Shown here: positions 25,170 to 39,015 of the stretch, piece after piece | Position numbering within the stretch: the stretch's first letter is position 1 | Layout of the letters: each line of letters starts with the position of its first letter | Source: Camelus dromedarius | Taxonomy: Eukaryota | Direction of reading: 5' to 3' | NCBI RefSeq assembly: GCF_036321535.1 | Contig: NC_087438.1 | Location: 8,248,001-8,312,000, forward strand | DNA length: 64,000 nucleotides | Notes under the pieces: model-generated | What the model was told of the DNA's origin: nothing | What the model saw: only the letters and a program-made list of their open reading frames with translations | Databases searched by the model: none | Position numbers and translations under genes: made by a program

Positions 25170-25412
25170 GGTGTTAAAGCATGAACTCTGGACCTTCATT
25201 ACCGGGTTCAAATCCCAGATCTGCCATTTACTGGTTTGGTGACTTAGGAAAGTATCTTGAACTCTATGACCCTCCATTTCCCCATCTATAAAACAGGGCT
25301 AGCCCAGAATCTCCTTCATAGGCTTGTAAGAATTAAATGCAATTCTATATGCAAAGGGCTTACAACAGCCATTGATCCCTAGTAAGGACTCAATAAATAC
25401 AGTGCTTATTAT
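25170..25412 (+). mobile_element. MIR
   Basis: 'gggttcaaatcccagatctgccatttact...ccatttccccatctataaaacaggg...ctcaataaat'. Confidence 0.8.
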
Positions 25413-25438
25413 TTCAAAATGCATTTAATAGGTGGGAG

Positions 25439-25612
25439 CAGTGGTTCCCAAAGTATGGTCCTCAGACCTGTGTTATCACCACCTGGGAACTTGGAAATAC
25501 AAATGCCTGGGCCTGACGTAAGTCCAACTCAATCAGAAAAGAAGGGGACAGCAATCAGTCTTTAATAAGCTCCTGGTCATTCTGATGTGCTCGCAAGTTT
25601 GCAAACCCTTGG
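25439..25612 (+). mobile_element. MER5A
   Basis: Starts 'cagtggttcccaaagtatggtcc', ends 'attctgatgtgctcgcaagtttgcaaacc'. Confidence 0.75.
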
Positions 25613-28554
25613 GACAAAGGCAGACTATACCACTGACCCTATTTATAGATATGAATTCTCAACGGTTTTCCAGTTTTATGTCTTAATGAATTTGAGGTGG
25701 CAAGGGAAAGGTGGGTTAACAGCTATGAAGTCCTACTTAGAGACAGCCCAGGTATCGACATTAATGCATGACCTCTATGAATCTTAGGCATTCTGAAACA
25801 AAGTTCACCCTCAGATTAATAAACTAAATATCTAAAATAAAATGCTAAATTGTCCTTTTGTTGTAATATAATACTGCACAAAATTAAGAGCAAATACTGG
25901 TACTAAAAACTTTAATCCAAAAATTATAGGGTTGAATAGAATTTATATATATGTACAGCTCATGGTTTTGAAAATCCATTCATTCTTAGATATTAAATGA
26001 TTCTTTTGAGTTGGGCATTAGTATCCTATAGACCCAGAGTAAATAGTTACCTTAAAAATGCTTTTTTTCATTCTGCGTTGACATGAAGAAGAAAGGCAAT
26101 GACCAAATGATCAAGGGTACCGGGGGAATGCGGACCCTTGTGATGTGGGATGCAGGAAGGTGCTCTTCCCAAAAGCAAGAAGAAAGGTGGGATATATATT
26201 GAAAGAGTGGTACTACCTTTAATAAATAACATTATGAAAAACGTATCTTAACACCCTATATAAAAATAGAGTAAAAGCAAGCTGTTTAAAATACATATTC
26301 ATAAACTTTTCTAAATGTTTCTTCATTATATTCTCCTGGAAAATAATATTGTAGAGGGTGGAGTCAGAGGTGCTACTTTTGAGCTCATTACTCACCAACT
26401 TAAGACTCTATTTTCACCCACAATGTTCGTAGAATATTCTGAAGCCATCCTCAGAGCCTACACATCATTTTTTGGATTCACCGTGAAGTGAATCAGAAGA
26501 AACTCTCCCTGCATGAGCACCATGTTGGAGCAGAGGATCCCTGCTCTGCTCAGGCTGGTTTACTCCAAACAGCAAAGTCACCTACAATGCTCATTCAAAG
26601 CAAGCACAGCTATATCCTAAACTCACTTTAATCAGCCTAAAAGTTCTGCTCATTTAATCAGTGGCCACTGTCTTTAATAGCATTCTTAGCAGATCAAAGT
26701 AAAGGATGCTGTGTAAATAGGGCAAAGAGATTTATTATAATAATTTTTTCCTGATCTTAATTTCAAAGATTAATTGCTGCCTTTAATGCTGCTGCTTCTA
26801 CCATTTTCATAACACTTTCTGGAAGCTAAGAAATCCAGTAACTTGGCAACTGAGCAATTTTGTTTCGTATATCCTGTCATTACTCAGTGGCACTCTGCTT
26901 GAGATATAGATGCTTAACGAAGAGAATCCTACGCAATCTGTTTCTTGGTGTCTTGTTAGCTATTTTTTGTGAAGAGCTCTTTCCTAATCAGACTGGCTGG
27001 GAGCACTTAGGCCGACGCACTCTGCTTTGTGGAGCTCTCCAACAATGCACAGGATGCCATTTTTAATGATGAAGCTCTCATACACAATTCTCAACAGGTT
27101 TCCAGCAGACTAGTCAGATTTTTCACCTGGCTGCCTATAATAAGAGTTAAACGGAATAAAAGACAAACCCATAATTATTTCTTATAAAATAATGTACAGC
27201 CTGTATACTCAGTTAAAAAAATCCCTGTTGTTATTAATATTAATTAAAATTATTGCTTATAACATTAATTGTTGCTTCCTAGATGCATAGGGTATACTTC
27301 AAGTCACTTCAACTGGTAAGCGTACAATGTTCTTTGATGTCCTAGATTCTAACTGGGGGGAGTCCGAGGTGGAAGTATCAGGGTCACTGCTCTCCAGGGG
27401 TGCCCCATGGCAGACGTGAGATGCAAGATTTGCCCAACACTGTGTACACATGGAGACTGTTCTCTGACTTGGAAGTTATTCTGTTTGACTGCAGAGTGTA
27501 TCCACATTGTAGAGAACTTCCCTTCCTGGTGTCTCGTACCTTGGAAAAGAGCTCACCCATCTCTGAGGCCCAGGGCCCAGTCAACGACCTGCCTTATTGG
27601 CTCAGTTCTGTTAAGTCTTGAGAGCTCTCAGCCCTAATGAAGCACTGACTCCACCTCTCTTCTGATCACCTAGTTTAACTTGCCAATTACAAAGGGCTTA
27701 GTGACTTCTGAGTCACTCTGTACTGTTGCTGTTTGGGGGCCATCAGTACAGGTCCATGGTCTAGAGGCTTTTAAGTTATTTAAGTGCAAGAATTGCCCTG
27801 ATATAACACTGCTGCAATTAGCAAGCCATGGATGACACCATGGCCAGTGGAGGTCTCAGCCCTTCTCCAGCTGAGGCTATCCAGTCATTGTCCACAGGGA
27901 GTCTCATGGCACGGTCACCTGCCAGTCTCTCTACCAGGATCACCCCCCCACCCCCAAAGGTTGAACCATGTGGAGCAAAGGGTTAGATTTTAGTAATTTC
28001 CTACATTTGACCTAACACTTCTACAGATACACAGCACCCTGTATAACATGGCTCCAGTTTAGAATGAACTGCCTTCGAAGTCTACGGACTTGCTGCCCAC
28101 ATCAGCTACAGGAAATCTCTCCCTGCTCTGAAGTTCCTCTTTAGGGCACTTTTAACTTGTCAGCATCACCCTTTATGGCGCATACCTCGCTGTTAGGCTG
28201 TGGAGCAGGGGGTCTTCCAGAGGTCTGTGCAGGCTCTCTTCACCTCTGCCTCCTACAGACCCCCTTGCTCCCTGGAAGTAAGTGCTTAAAAATGCTCTGC
28301 AAGAAGTCAATGGAAATCTCAGAGAAAGCAGAGAAGATGGTTATGACCCGGGCCTGCGGTTATAATGTCCATGTTTAAAGCCCAACATAATTCTTTCCTG
28401 CTGGTTGACTCCTACCGCAAATGGAAATAATCATAGTCTATGAGAATTAAATAAATTAAATCTCATACCTATGAGAATTAAACAAATTGGAGAACTAAAT
28501 AAGTTAAATTCTGAAAAAATGCTTAGACTAGGCAAGGGCTCAATGGATATCAGT

Positions 28555-28590
28555 TTATTATTATTATTATTAATTATTATTATTATTATT
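28555..28590. repeat. (TTA)n microsatellite at the end of a MIR fragment
   Basis: Seen directly in the sequence. Confidence 0.8.
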
Positions 28591-28734
28591 TCAAAATGAC
28601 AAGTTCTGCCAACTCGTTTCCTGTAGACTCAGGGATACCAAAGACTAGATTGCAAAGTATGAAGCTGTTGGTCTGATTCAAAGCCCAGCGAGTCCAGCGC
28701 TGGACATCATCAGTGAAGGCCAGAGGCTGCTTTA

Positions 28735-28908
28735 GAACACAGCTCAGATGACAATGCCCGTCTGCTCATGGGGTTCACCTGGGGCACCTTAAAAGCTATG
28801 GACTTCCAGGCTCTTCCACAGGCTAGTGAAATCAGCTGGGGCCCCAGTATCTGTGTTTTTAAAAGCCTCCCAGGTGACTCTTACAGCACAGCCAGCCTTG
28901 AGAATGCT
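28735..28908. mobile_element. MER5B-like relic
   Basis: 'tcacctgggg...tctgtgtttttaaaagcctcccaggtgactctta...agccagccttgagaa'. Confidence 0.6.
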
Positions 28909-29439
28909 AATATAAAACACTCCGGGGCCACACTTCACCATTACTTTGCGCACTTTGGTACTAGTTCCTGGATAATTGTAAATAACCATAAAAAAAGTCA
29001 TTCAAAGTCGAAGTCCTTTTCCAAGGTTGTCACGCCCCAATTAGGAAAGAATTGCCATTTCTGTTTCTTTTATTTCCTACAACCACGGCCGCCACAATAA
29101 AAGGACATCAAAGAACAGAAGACATTTCCCAAATGTGACAAGAGTTTAGGGATCATGGAAAAAGCGTAACTAAGCTTCGAGCCTTAGAGAGTTACAAACA
29201 TGCCCACATTTTTCTATAAAAGGCTACAGATAAGGAACAGGAAATAGTTTCCTTATCTTTGGTAAGGGGACGTTTGGATATGACACCTAAACCAAATTGA
29301 TTTTACTGTTTGACTACAATAAATTTTTTCCCAGGGCATATGAACCCAAATACATATCAGGCCCCAATACTTGAATTTTATATAAGAAAAATCACCAGAT
29401 CTTCATATGCTATATTTTTCTCCCTTTGTTAAAAAAATT

Positions 29440-29650
29440 AGGGGGGCCTTAAGGAGTCTTTTTTGGACTTTATTCCCAAATCACCCCCACCCATGCAATT
29501 TTAACACCACAGATACACCATGTGTCTGTTTATGCACTGTGGCCTTCGGAGGACCACAAACCACTGTAATATCTAAGAGGTTTTGCCCTCTCCCACGAAA
29601 AACAATTTTTGCCCCCTTGGGGACCTCATCGCCACCCTGTTGAGAATGCT
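29440..29650 (-). mobile_element. Non-autonomous hAT-Charlie-type element
   Basis: Terminal 'gcccccttgggg...atcgccaccctgttgagaatgc' and internal 'caaaccactgtaatatctaaga'. Subfamily not assigned. Confidence 0.55.
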
Positions 29651-30958
29651 TTCTACAACTGAAATGGCTGTCTCAGCCCCGAGCCTGCGCTGGGAGGGGC
29701 TGCTCTAGAGGGCACCCAAGGGGATCCTCTGGAATCTCGGAATCTCGGAATCGTGAATACAGTCAGCAATGAGTTATGTCAGGTTCTAACCCTGGCCCGT
29801 ACCACGCTGCACAGACCCACCGTCTGATGAAGGCAGCCCACTTCTGGGGGGGATGGTAAAGCAATGGGTCATCGTAACATAAAGAATGACTGTACTTATC
29901 CACGGTCTTCAACGTCCTTTTTAATAGTCCAGATTTTTCTGCTCATTTTCAGAGTAACCTCTCAGAATGAGAATGCCGAATATTAACTTTGTTTAGTTTT
30001 AGAATAAACAACATGATGGTTATAGCTGCCAACATACAGGGCTGACCTCCAGCAGCCAGGAAAGCAGAATGTGTCATCACTGTCTGTAACAACTTCCATT
30101 TGCATCGTATTTTACCATTTAAAAATGCTTTTGCTATATATTCTTATTTAAACCCTGGAAAAGTGGTGAAATGATTATGTACTGAAGAATAAACTTAAGA
30201 AGGCATATAATCCAGTCAAGTTATTAGAATTGCACTTTTAAAAGAAATGAAAAAGTCACCTTGTAACTCTTAGGCAATTTCTCAAAAAACTTATGAAAAA
30301 TGATGGCTTCCATTTTCACTCTTTACCCGTGTGCAGCTCAAAACCCATGCCTTTTCCTGAAAATGCCAAAGCCTTAATAAGGCATCACCCTACCTCCGAT
30401 TCATGTGAGTCCTGCAAAACCCCAAACGATGAGGAACAGAGGCTAAAGGTTTGGGGTGGGGCTCAGGCCCTCCCTGTCCTTCATTTCTGAATTCTAGTAT
30501 TCTCATTCATTGATACTGGCTTTTCACATCAAAATCTCAGGAGAGGCAAGATGTGGAACTGTCTGGCATCTGTGGAACTCGACTAAACACGTGTATCCCC
30601 CTCTAACTGTGCTCTGGGGCTGCAAACAGGTATTGCAAGTCAGTGCAATGCGCTTTTGCCTGTGCGACCGCTCAGTCAAGTGCAGTCAGGTCACTGAGTT
30701 TTTCCCAGGTCTCACTCTGAAAACTATTCAGGGGCAGCCAGCACGGCAGGGTCCTCCTATTATTTTCTGTGTAGATTAAGTCTGCAAATATTCCAGGCTC
30801 ATAAAAATGCTTCTTCATGTTGAAATATAACAGGGATTGATCAGAATGGGGAAGAGGTGTGCTTTTCACTCAAGGTACACTCGCCCTGCGTACAGGTGTT
30901 GTGTGACGTAAGGAAGATGCGCCTGTACAATGGGGTTACTTACAATTAGAACTGTCCT

Positions 30959-31501
30959 GTACTACTGAAACCTGCAGGGCCCTCCTGGGTACAAAGGCCT
31001 TTCTGTGTCCCCCATTTCTCCCTGAATTCCAAAGGGCAGATTCAAACAACCACTAAGTAGAGGAGTGAGGGAACGCAGAAACAAAGGAAAAGCAGTCGAG
31101 AGTGTAGCAGAGTCCTGGCTCCTTCCTCCTCAAGGGATACACACGACAATCTGATACACATCTGAGCTCTTCTACAGGAACTGAGGCTCCCACCCAGGGG
31201 GAGGATTAACTTCAGACTGAGCACAAGCATATAGACCCCAGACTGGTTGGAACCAGTTGATAACTGAGATTCCTGGAATGCTACCTTGTTACCTCACCTC
31301 CAACCAATCAGAAGAAGGTCACACACCCTGCAGCCCTCCCCCTAAACTTGCCTTTAAAAACTCTTCCCTGAAACCCACTGGGGAGTGCAGGTCTTTTGAG
31401 GATGAGCTGCCCATACTCCTTGCTTGACCCTTGCAATAAACCTTTCTCTGCTCTAAACGCTGATATTTCGGTTTATTTGGCACACAAACTTGGCGCTGAC
31501 A
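30959..31501 (+). mobile_element. ERV1-type solo LTR with U3-R-U5
   Basis: CCAAT at 31304, TATA-like 'tttaaaaa', AATAAA at 31435, about 60 bp of U5 ending '...gctgaca'. Confidence 0.75.
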
Positions 31502-32204
31502 ATGTTATTTGTACAATTCATGCAACAACAAAATAGTATGAGAGTTTAGTATTGTCTTGTATTGCTTTGTTTTATTTTGCAGTGTTTTATTCATTCATTG
31601 ATAAAAAGATAATGATGCCAACAACTTTTGCTTAAAGCCACCAGTATGTGCTGGGGCAATTGAGACAAGTTTGATACATATCCTGTATCAGCTCAGCCTA
31701 AACCCAGAGGAGAATCACAGGCATTACAAAATAGAAAAGCCATTACTCAGCTGTGTTTAATGCCATGTGCATACTGCTGGTGATGCTGTCTCCAAACTGA
31801 GGTGAATAATTTAAAGTCATTTAAGTCACCAGGGCTGTCCCATACTTGGCGAAGAAATGACACATCTGCCTTGGAAGACCACACTTTAAACTCAGATCTC
31901 AAATAATTCCCACACATAACCCACAATCAGAAGTCTCAAACACAAGAGAGAGTAAGTCTTTATGAGCAAGACTAACTAGAAGCAATAAAAAGAAGAATAA
32001 AATCCACAAATATTTGAAGATAGTGGAATTATTGGGTTCAGAATATGAAAAAAAAATCTACGTAATATGTTAAAGATACAAAGGGGACTTGGAAATTAAA
32101 ATTTAGAAGAAATCATCCAATATTCCAAAGCAAATGTGAATAAGAACAAATTGAACTTAGAGAAATGAAAAAACACAAATTAACATATTAGAAATAGCTT
32201 AATA

Positions 32205-33125
32205 GAACCCTCGTATGCTGCTGATAGGATTAGAAATGGTACAGCCACTTTGGGAAACAGTTTGGCATTCTCTTGAAAAGTTAAACACACATCTGCCATA
32301 TTACCCAGCCATTCTGCATGTAGCTATTTATTCAAATGAAAAAAACATATACTTCCACAAGTCTTTGTTCATAGCAGCTTCACTTGTAAATAGCAAAAAC
32401 TATAAACAACCCAGATGCCCCCAACAGATGAATGAACACACCAGTTGTGGGACATTCACACAACGGAATACTGCTCAGCAACAACAATGAATGAGCTATT
32501 AATACCGGAGCAATTAAAAATTATAATTCTGTATAACAAAACACTTGGCAAATTAGGAATTAAAAGGAATGATGCTAACTAGATAAAATGAGTCTATTTT
32601 TTTTAAAAACTACATTGAACACAGCACCACTCAGCAATTCCACTTTTAGCTGGACACCCAAGAGAAATGAAAACATGAGCATACAAAATCTTGTATGTGA
32701 ATGTTCAGAGCAGCACTGTTAGTAATGTCCACAAAGAGGAAACAACCTAAAGGTCCAACAACTGAATAATGGATAAAGTCTGTTATGTCCGTGCAAAAAA
32801 ATATTGGGTAATAAAAAGAAGTGAAATACAGAAATGTGGTACAACATGGATGAACTCTGAAAACATCACACTACATCAAAGGGCCAATCACAAAAACCCG
32901 ATCTTGTATGATTCCATTTATTCCATTTATATGAAACGTCTAGAAAAAGCAAATCTATATGAAAGGGTATGAAGCTTCTTTTGGGGGTGATGAAAATGTT
33001 AGAAAATTTTGGTAATGGTTGTAAAACCTTATGAATATACTAAAAACTATTAACTTTCACACTTTAAATGAGTTAATTAAGTGGTATATGAATTATATGT
33101 CAATAAAGTTGTAATTTTAAAAACC
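32205..33125 (+). mobile_element. Old L1M 3' fragments (two nested pieces)
   Basis: 'aaatggtacagccactttgggaaacagtttggca', 'cagcaattccactttta', 'ggggtgatgaaaatgtt'. Confidence 0.8.
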
Positions 33126-33507
33126 TGCAGCAGTTCTTATAATGAGAAAGGAATTCCATTAAATAAAAAAGGTTACCTAGTTTTCCCCCACTTCTTACAG
33201 CACAAAAAGAAAACAAAACAAAATGAGAGTTAAAAGATTTTAATAAAAAAACATAATAATCCTCAGAGATTACTCACGTAAAAACCCTGAAGGAATCTGC
33301 AAACAAATTACAGAAGTACTTAAAGAGTTTTTAGCAAGTTTGCTTGGTGTCAGATCAAGACATAAAAATCAATTGCATTTCTATATAAAAAAGAAACTCT
33401 TAGCAGATGCACCTTATAAAAGAGATAACATTTCCAAGAGCAATGAACACTCTAAGGAAGCACAAATGAAACACAGAACAGGGCAAAGCCTTTAAGAAGA
33501 AATGCAT

Positions 33508-33648
33508 GGGAGGGAGGGTATAGCTCAGTGGTAGAGTTCCTGCTTAGCATGCTTGATGTCTTGGGTTCAATTCCCAGTATCCCCGCTAACAAATAAATAA
33601 ATAAACCTAATTACCTTCATCCAAAAATTTTGAAAAATGATGAAAAAC
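33508..33648 (+). mobile_element. tRNA-derived SINE (vic-1-like)
   Basis: GGGAGGGTATAGCTCAGTGG...GGTTCAATTCCCAG. TSD aagaagaaatgcat (33494-33507) / aagaagaactgtat (33649-33662). Confidence 0.92.
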
Positions 33649-34033
33649 AAGAAGAACTGTATAAACAGTAGACAAAATAGACAGCAAGTTCATTAGTAGG
33701 AAGACTCAAAATAATACAGCTGTGATTCTCCGACTTCCCAGAAGTAGACCACACATTTGTGAAAAATTGACACATGATAGAGGTGGCATTGTAAGCTGAT
33801 GGAACAAACGACAATCAGTTATTTACATGAAAAATAAATTGAATCTCTACCTTTTCCATGCCAAAAAAGAAAAAAGAAATCAACTACAAAGGAATTAAAG
33901 ACTTTAATGTAAAAAGGTATAATTTCACAATTATTTAAAGAAAATATAGGAGATTGTTTTAATGTTGTTTTACTAGGTAAGATTTCTTAAACAAGATTCC
34001 AAAAAGCATGAATCCTAAAGAATACAGACTGAC

Positions 34034-34201
34034 TGGTGGAGGATATAGCTCAGTGGTAAGAGTGCATGCTTAGCACGCACAAGGTCCTGGGTTCAATCCC
34101 CAGTACCACCATTAAAATAACAAAAAAAAAATTAAACAAATAAACATAGTTACCTCCTCAAAAAAAAAAAAAAAAAAAAAAGAAAGAAAGAAAGAAAGAA
34201 A
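34034..34201 (+). mobile_element. tRNA-derived SINE (vic-1-like) with A-tract and (GAAA)n tail
   Basis: A and B boxes present. TSD acagactgac at 34024-34033 and 34202-34211. Confidence 0.93.
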
Positions 34202-35093
34202 ACAGACTGACCAACTTAAGAAAAATATAAACCTCTCTGTTCATCAGAGGATACCATAAGAAAGTGAAAAAACCCAAACTGGAAGAACATGGTGGTCAAC
34301 ACATTCAACTAAGATTAGTGTCTGGATATATTGAGATTTAAAATAACTAAGAAAAAAGGAAAACCACTGATAGAAAAATGTGTGAAAGGCATGAATAGAC
34401 ATTTAATGGAAAAATAAACACGAATATCTAGTAAATGTGTAAAAAGTTCTATTAGTGCAGAAGTCAGGGAGATGCAAGCTTCAAAGCCACTAGATCTGCA
34501 ACAATAGCACCAAAGAGTACCTGGAAAATAGCAAGTTTTGCTGAGTATATGGTGCAGTGGAGTATTCGTTGCCAACGGGAATTTAAATTTGCACAACGAG
34601 GTCTGAAAACTCTTTGGCATGATAAAGGAAGTTGAAGATGTTCAAATCCTCAAGGCTGCCAGCACTCCTCTGTGCGTGCCCAAGAGAAACGCGTGTGCAT
34701 CCGCACCAGGAGCCCCACATAACTATGTTCCAAGCCATATGTTTCCAAAAGCAAAACCTGCAAACTCTGCAAATGTTCTTCTCAGGAGAAAGGATAAATG
34801 CATTTTGGCAATTTTCACACGATGAACTAGGAGGCATCAGTGAAAAAAATGCAAGCACCTGCATCAGCATGAATAGATCTGAAAAACATACAGCTGAGTG
34901 AAAAAAAGCACGTTGCAAAGAATATGTAACATAATTACGTAAGAGTCAAAAACAGACCAACCAAATGATATTCTGCATATTTGGAAGTTTACATATAGGA
35001 AAATATAAAGAAATCCAAGGAATGAATTAACACAAAATTCAGTCAAGTGTTCATCTCTGAGACAGTGAGAGAGGCAATTAAAAAAAGGCAGAG

Positions 35094-35227
35094 GAGGGGA
35101 GGGTAGAGCTCAGTGGTAGAGCACGTGCTCAGCATGCATGAGGTCCTGGGTTCAATTCGCAGCACCTCCATTAAAATAAACAAATAAATAAACCTAATTA
35201 CCTCCCCCCCAAATCAAAGAATAAAAG
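35094..35227 (+). mobile_element. tRNA-derived SINE (vic-1-like)
   Basis: A and B boxes present. TSD aaaggcagag at 35084-35093 and 35228-35237. Confidence 0.92.
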
Positions 35228-35507
35228 AAAGGCAGAGAAGTGTCTCCAACAACCATTGGTCAAACTCTATTTCTTCAGCAGAGCTGTGGCATTTTTGAAA
35301 CCATGCATATAAACATATCACATACTCTCCACTGTACAAATCACATATTTCACTATACTCTGTACACCACTGTCTTAAAATATAAGATTTATTTTTGAAA
35401 ATTGTTTGTATAACATAATCTCAAAAAATTCTCTTCATAACTAAAGCCCTATGAATAATGATAATATTTAAAAATAAAGCTATCACTCCTTTTTAATAGA
35501 ATTTTTT

Positions 35508-36051
35508 AAACATTTTTTATTGAGTTACAGTCATTTTACATTGTGTTAAATTCCAGTGTAGAGCACAATTTTTCAGTTATACATAAACATATATACATTC
35601 ATTGTCACATCCTCTTTCACTGTGAGCCACCACAAGATCCTGTATATATTTCCCTGTGCTACTCAGTACAATCTTGTTTATCTATTCTATATTTTGAAAT
35701 CCCAGTCTGTCCCTTCCCACCCCCCGTCCCCTTGGCAGCCACAAATTTGTATTCTATGTCTATGAGTCTGTTTCTGTTTTGTATTTATTTATTTAAAAAA
35801 ATTTTTTTTTAGATTCCACATATGAGCGATCTCATATGGTATTTTTCTTTCTCTTTTTCGCTTACTTCACTTAGAATGACATTCTCCAGGAACATCCATG
35901 TTGCTGCAAATGGAGTTATGTTGTCGGGTTTGATGGCTGAATAGTATTCCATCGTATAAATATGCCACAGCTTCTTTATCCAGTCATCTGTCGATGGACA
36001 TTTAGGCTGTTTCCATGTCTTGGCTATTGTCAACAGTGCTGCCATGAACCA
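35508..36051 (-). mobile_element. Young L1 3' end (ORF2 tail plus complete 3' UTR), sense to CTNND2
   Basis: Reverse complement of about 57850-58395. Perfect 17-bp TSD ttttaatagaatttttt at 35491-35507 and 36052-36068. Confidence 0.95.
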
Positions 36052-37569
36052 TTTTAATAGAATTTTTTATTTGGGTATCGTATATTATCATTGTATTCAA
36101 CTAGCATCTCAGAATTCTATTTGATTGTGTACTTTTCTGACTTAAAGTGAAAGAATTCTCCCTGGGAATAATGATGCAAGTTAAATCTTTTTTGAAAAAT
36201 GATGAATCCAATCCCCTGGCAGAAATACTGCCAGTTCCTTTATGTCTTACTTCTGAAAATTTACTTATTTTTAAGTTTTTAATATTTCTTTAAACATTTT
36301 CAGATATTATACAGAAGCTTTATTTCTTCATTAGTTTATTTTTCCTTTGTTCTGATTCCATGAGTTGCACAAGAAACTAAGTTCTGATTAGTTTAGCCCC
36401 TCTGGAATGCTATTCATTAGCTAAATATCATAAGTGTTTGAAACGGTCAGGTTGAAGCTTAAAATACACCCCTGTACCATCCCAAAGGGCAGCTTAAATA
36501 GAATCGAGCTAATTTAATTCTTGGATCTCACTGTGTTATCTTAGTGTTATGTGGCTGACCACACACATGAAGGGTGGCTTGATAGGCATTTTGTTATAGA
36601 CTCGAAGGAGAGCAGGTTTCACCAGAAAAGAACTTGTTATTATCTTTACTAAGTGAAATAAGATCCCCAAGACAGCATGCAGAGTAGGTCCCTTGAGGGC
36701 AGGCAATTTGCCTTCCTCATCCAGAGCTGGGCTCCCAGTGTCTATTACGCTGTGTGACACATAGTAGGGCCATGATTTATATGTGCTGAACGAAGAAATG
36801 AATGAATGGATGGATGAGATCTTGTACGCCTTCCTGTCATAACAGAGGACTTCACAAACCCACGTTCTTTGAGATTTGTCCTTGTTTTACTGACCCTTGC
36901 AACCTACTCACACGACTGTGAGCAATGCTTCTCTGAATTAGGAACCAGTTAGGAAGACTCAGCTTTTAGACACAAGTCCCAGAGGGATGTTATTGAGTTC
37001 CATAATCCCTCAAAGATCCCAAAAGGCTTTAAAAGGATGCTAACAAATCCAGTGTTTCGGTAACATTGAAGAATTTCTCTATTCCGGTCTTCATCTCTTT
37101 GGTAAAATTCTTTTCTACTACCAGGTTACAAAGGCATTTAATGAAGCTTAGTAATAATAGTAGAACACAGACACTCAAAATTACAGTGACCTTGAACAAC
37201 CATCCATCTGAGGCAGATACAATTTTATGGTGATGAGACTGTCTCAAACAGTGTGATGTTTCAGTGCATCGTGGCTATATTATTGCATACATATTACTCA
37301 CGCATTAATTTAAGAACATCACCACACTGTGGTGTCCCTAGCAGAGGATGGTGACAGAATACTCAGTCTTCAGTTAATTTTTGTAACATTGCAAGCATTC
37401 AGTAAATAAAACAAAAAGAAGGAAAAGTATAAATAAATAATATTGCTCTACAAAGAGGAGGGTATTTCCTACCTACTCATGCATGTGACAAGTGAGTCAT
37501 AAGTATAATTTATCAAAATTAACTAAGAGGACCAGCCCACATATATCGAATATTTTCTCAGTGACAAAC

Positions 37570-37775
37570 ACTGCCGTTTGTTTTAAACATTTTTTCACAT
37601 TTGATCCTTATAGCAAACGTCTCAGATAAGTATGATTCTCCCCAGTCTACAGATAGCTAAATGGAGTTTTTAAAGGACTAGGCTATTTCCCAACACCATG
37701 CGGTCAGGAATGTGCAAAGCTGAGATTCAAGTCCAAAACTTACCGGTTCCAAACTCCATTGCCTTAAACACCAGC
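37570..37775 (-). mobile_element. MIR
   Basis: 'ctccccagtctacagatag...aaagctgagattcaagtcca'. Confidence 0.55.
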
Positions 37776-38379
37776 GTGCCACCTCTTAATATTAGAGCAT
37801 CAATATCTGTTGGGTATTTATGACATGACAGGCGATACCTGAGTCCCAAAAGACAGCATGAAACTCTTTACCTTAAATGAGGAATGTCGAAATGCCGAGT
37901 CTCAACAGGTGGAGACCATCACATTAGAGAGAGGTTAATTGCTAAATTTTGAGTAAAGCATGCAGTCAGTTCCTTGGACAGATCTTTTCAATAAAATCTC
38001 GCTGAGAGTTACATTCTCAAGTAAGTGCCTGAGACTAAGCAACAATGTGTGACAATTTTTAAACTTCCTTCAGCTCTGGAGGTACTAAACAAACAGATGT
38101 TTCAGAAGACTGGGGCTTATGAATTCCACTTTACTGTCAACAAATTAGGCAACATCTTTGCTGCCTGCTGCTAACGCAGCAAACTCTTAAATTTAAAATT
38201 CTATGATAGTTTCTCCTTGGTAAAAGGGAATTAGCATACATTCACATACTGTGAAATAAAAACAGCAAGAGTTTCTTGTTGAAAATAGGCAATGCTCGTG
38301 GTAAAGCTAAGCTCACAGTGTTGGCTTAGCCTACCACATTTGAAGTTTAAAAAAAAATTAGTAATTTTGCAATCCTACT

Positions 38380-39015
38380 GTGTCTCCTTTGACACAAGTG
38401 AGTCCCCAGACCTTCCCAACACTAACTCTGAAATGCTCCAGGTGCTCACGACCTTGGTTTAAGCGTTATGACCCATCTCCCGCACTGAGGCTGCCATCTC
38501 TAACTTGTGTGGCTGTCACCGGCCCCCACGTGCTTCAGTCCATTCTCCATGCCGCTGGCAGGACCAGTGCTTCCTTCCAGGACATCACTTCCTTGGGTAA
38601 AACTGTCTTCCATGCTCTGTTGCCCACTCAGTGAAACCCAGAACCTCTAGCCTGACCAATATGGCCGCTCACAGAATGGTCACGCCTGTCTGCCCCCTTA
38701 CCCAACGCCAGTCCACCTGTGGGCTCACTATGCCAACCACACTGGTGTCAAATTCACCCTTGTCTTTCTGCCTTTGTACTTTCTGAGCAGTGCCTTGATC
38801 CCAATTATTTCCCTGCGAATGTTCGACATCCCTGACACACAAACGTCCCTCTGTGAAACCGTCCCTGGTACTGCGTCCCATTCTCTCACGGCACCGACAC
38901 ATTTTACCACGTTTGGCCTGCTTAAGGGCCTCTGTCTGCATTTGGTGGTAAATCCCCGGAGACCCCGAGCTGCATCGTAGTCACCTGTGACGCACAAGGG
39001 GCACCACTAACATGC
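38380..39015. mobile_element. L2 fragment, unusually CpG-rich
   Basis: 'cttcagtccattctccatgccgctggcagga...tgcccactcag' L2-like core. Confidence 0.45.

Larger units (their letters stand above)
33126..35350 (+). mobile_element. Very old L1ME-like ORF2/3' region interrupted by three SINEs
   Basis: Degenerate L1 landmarks 'aaaaatcaattgcatttctata', 'gaaaatatagga', 'gaatagacattt'. Confidence 0.6.

Noticed and set aside
33508..33590. tRNA genes (here and at 19184, 34034, 35094)
   Set aside because: These tRNA-like heads carry a shared non-tRNA 3' segment, A-tails and TSDs, so they are SINEs.
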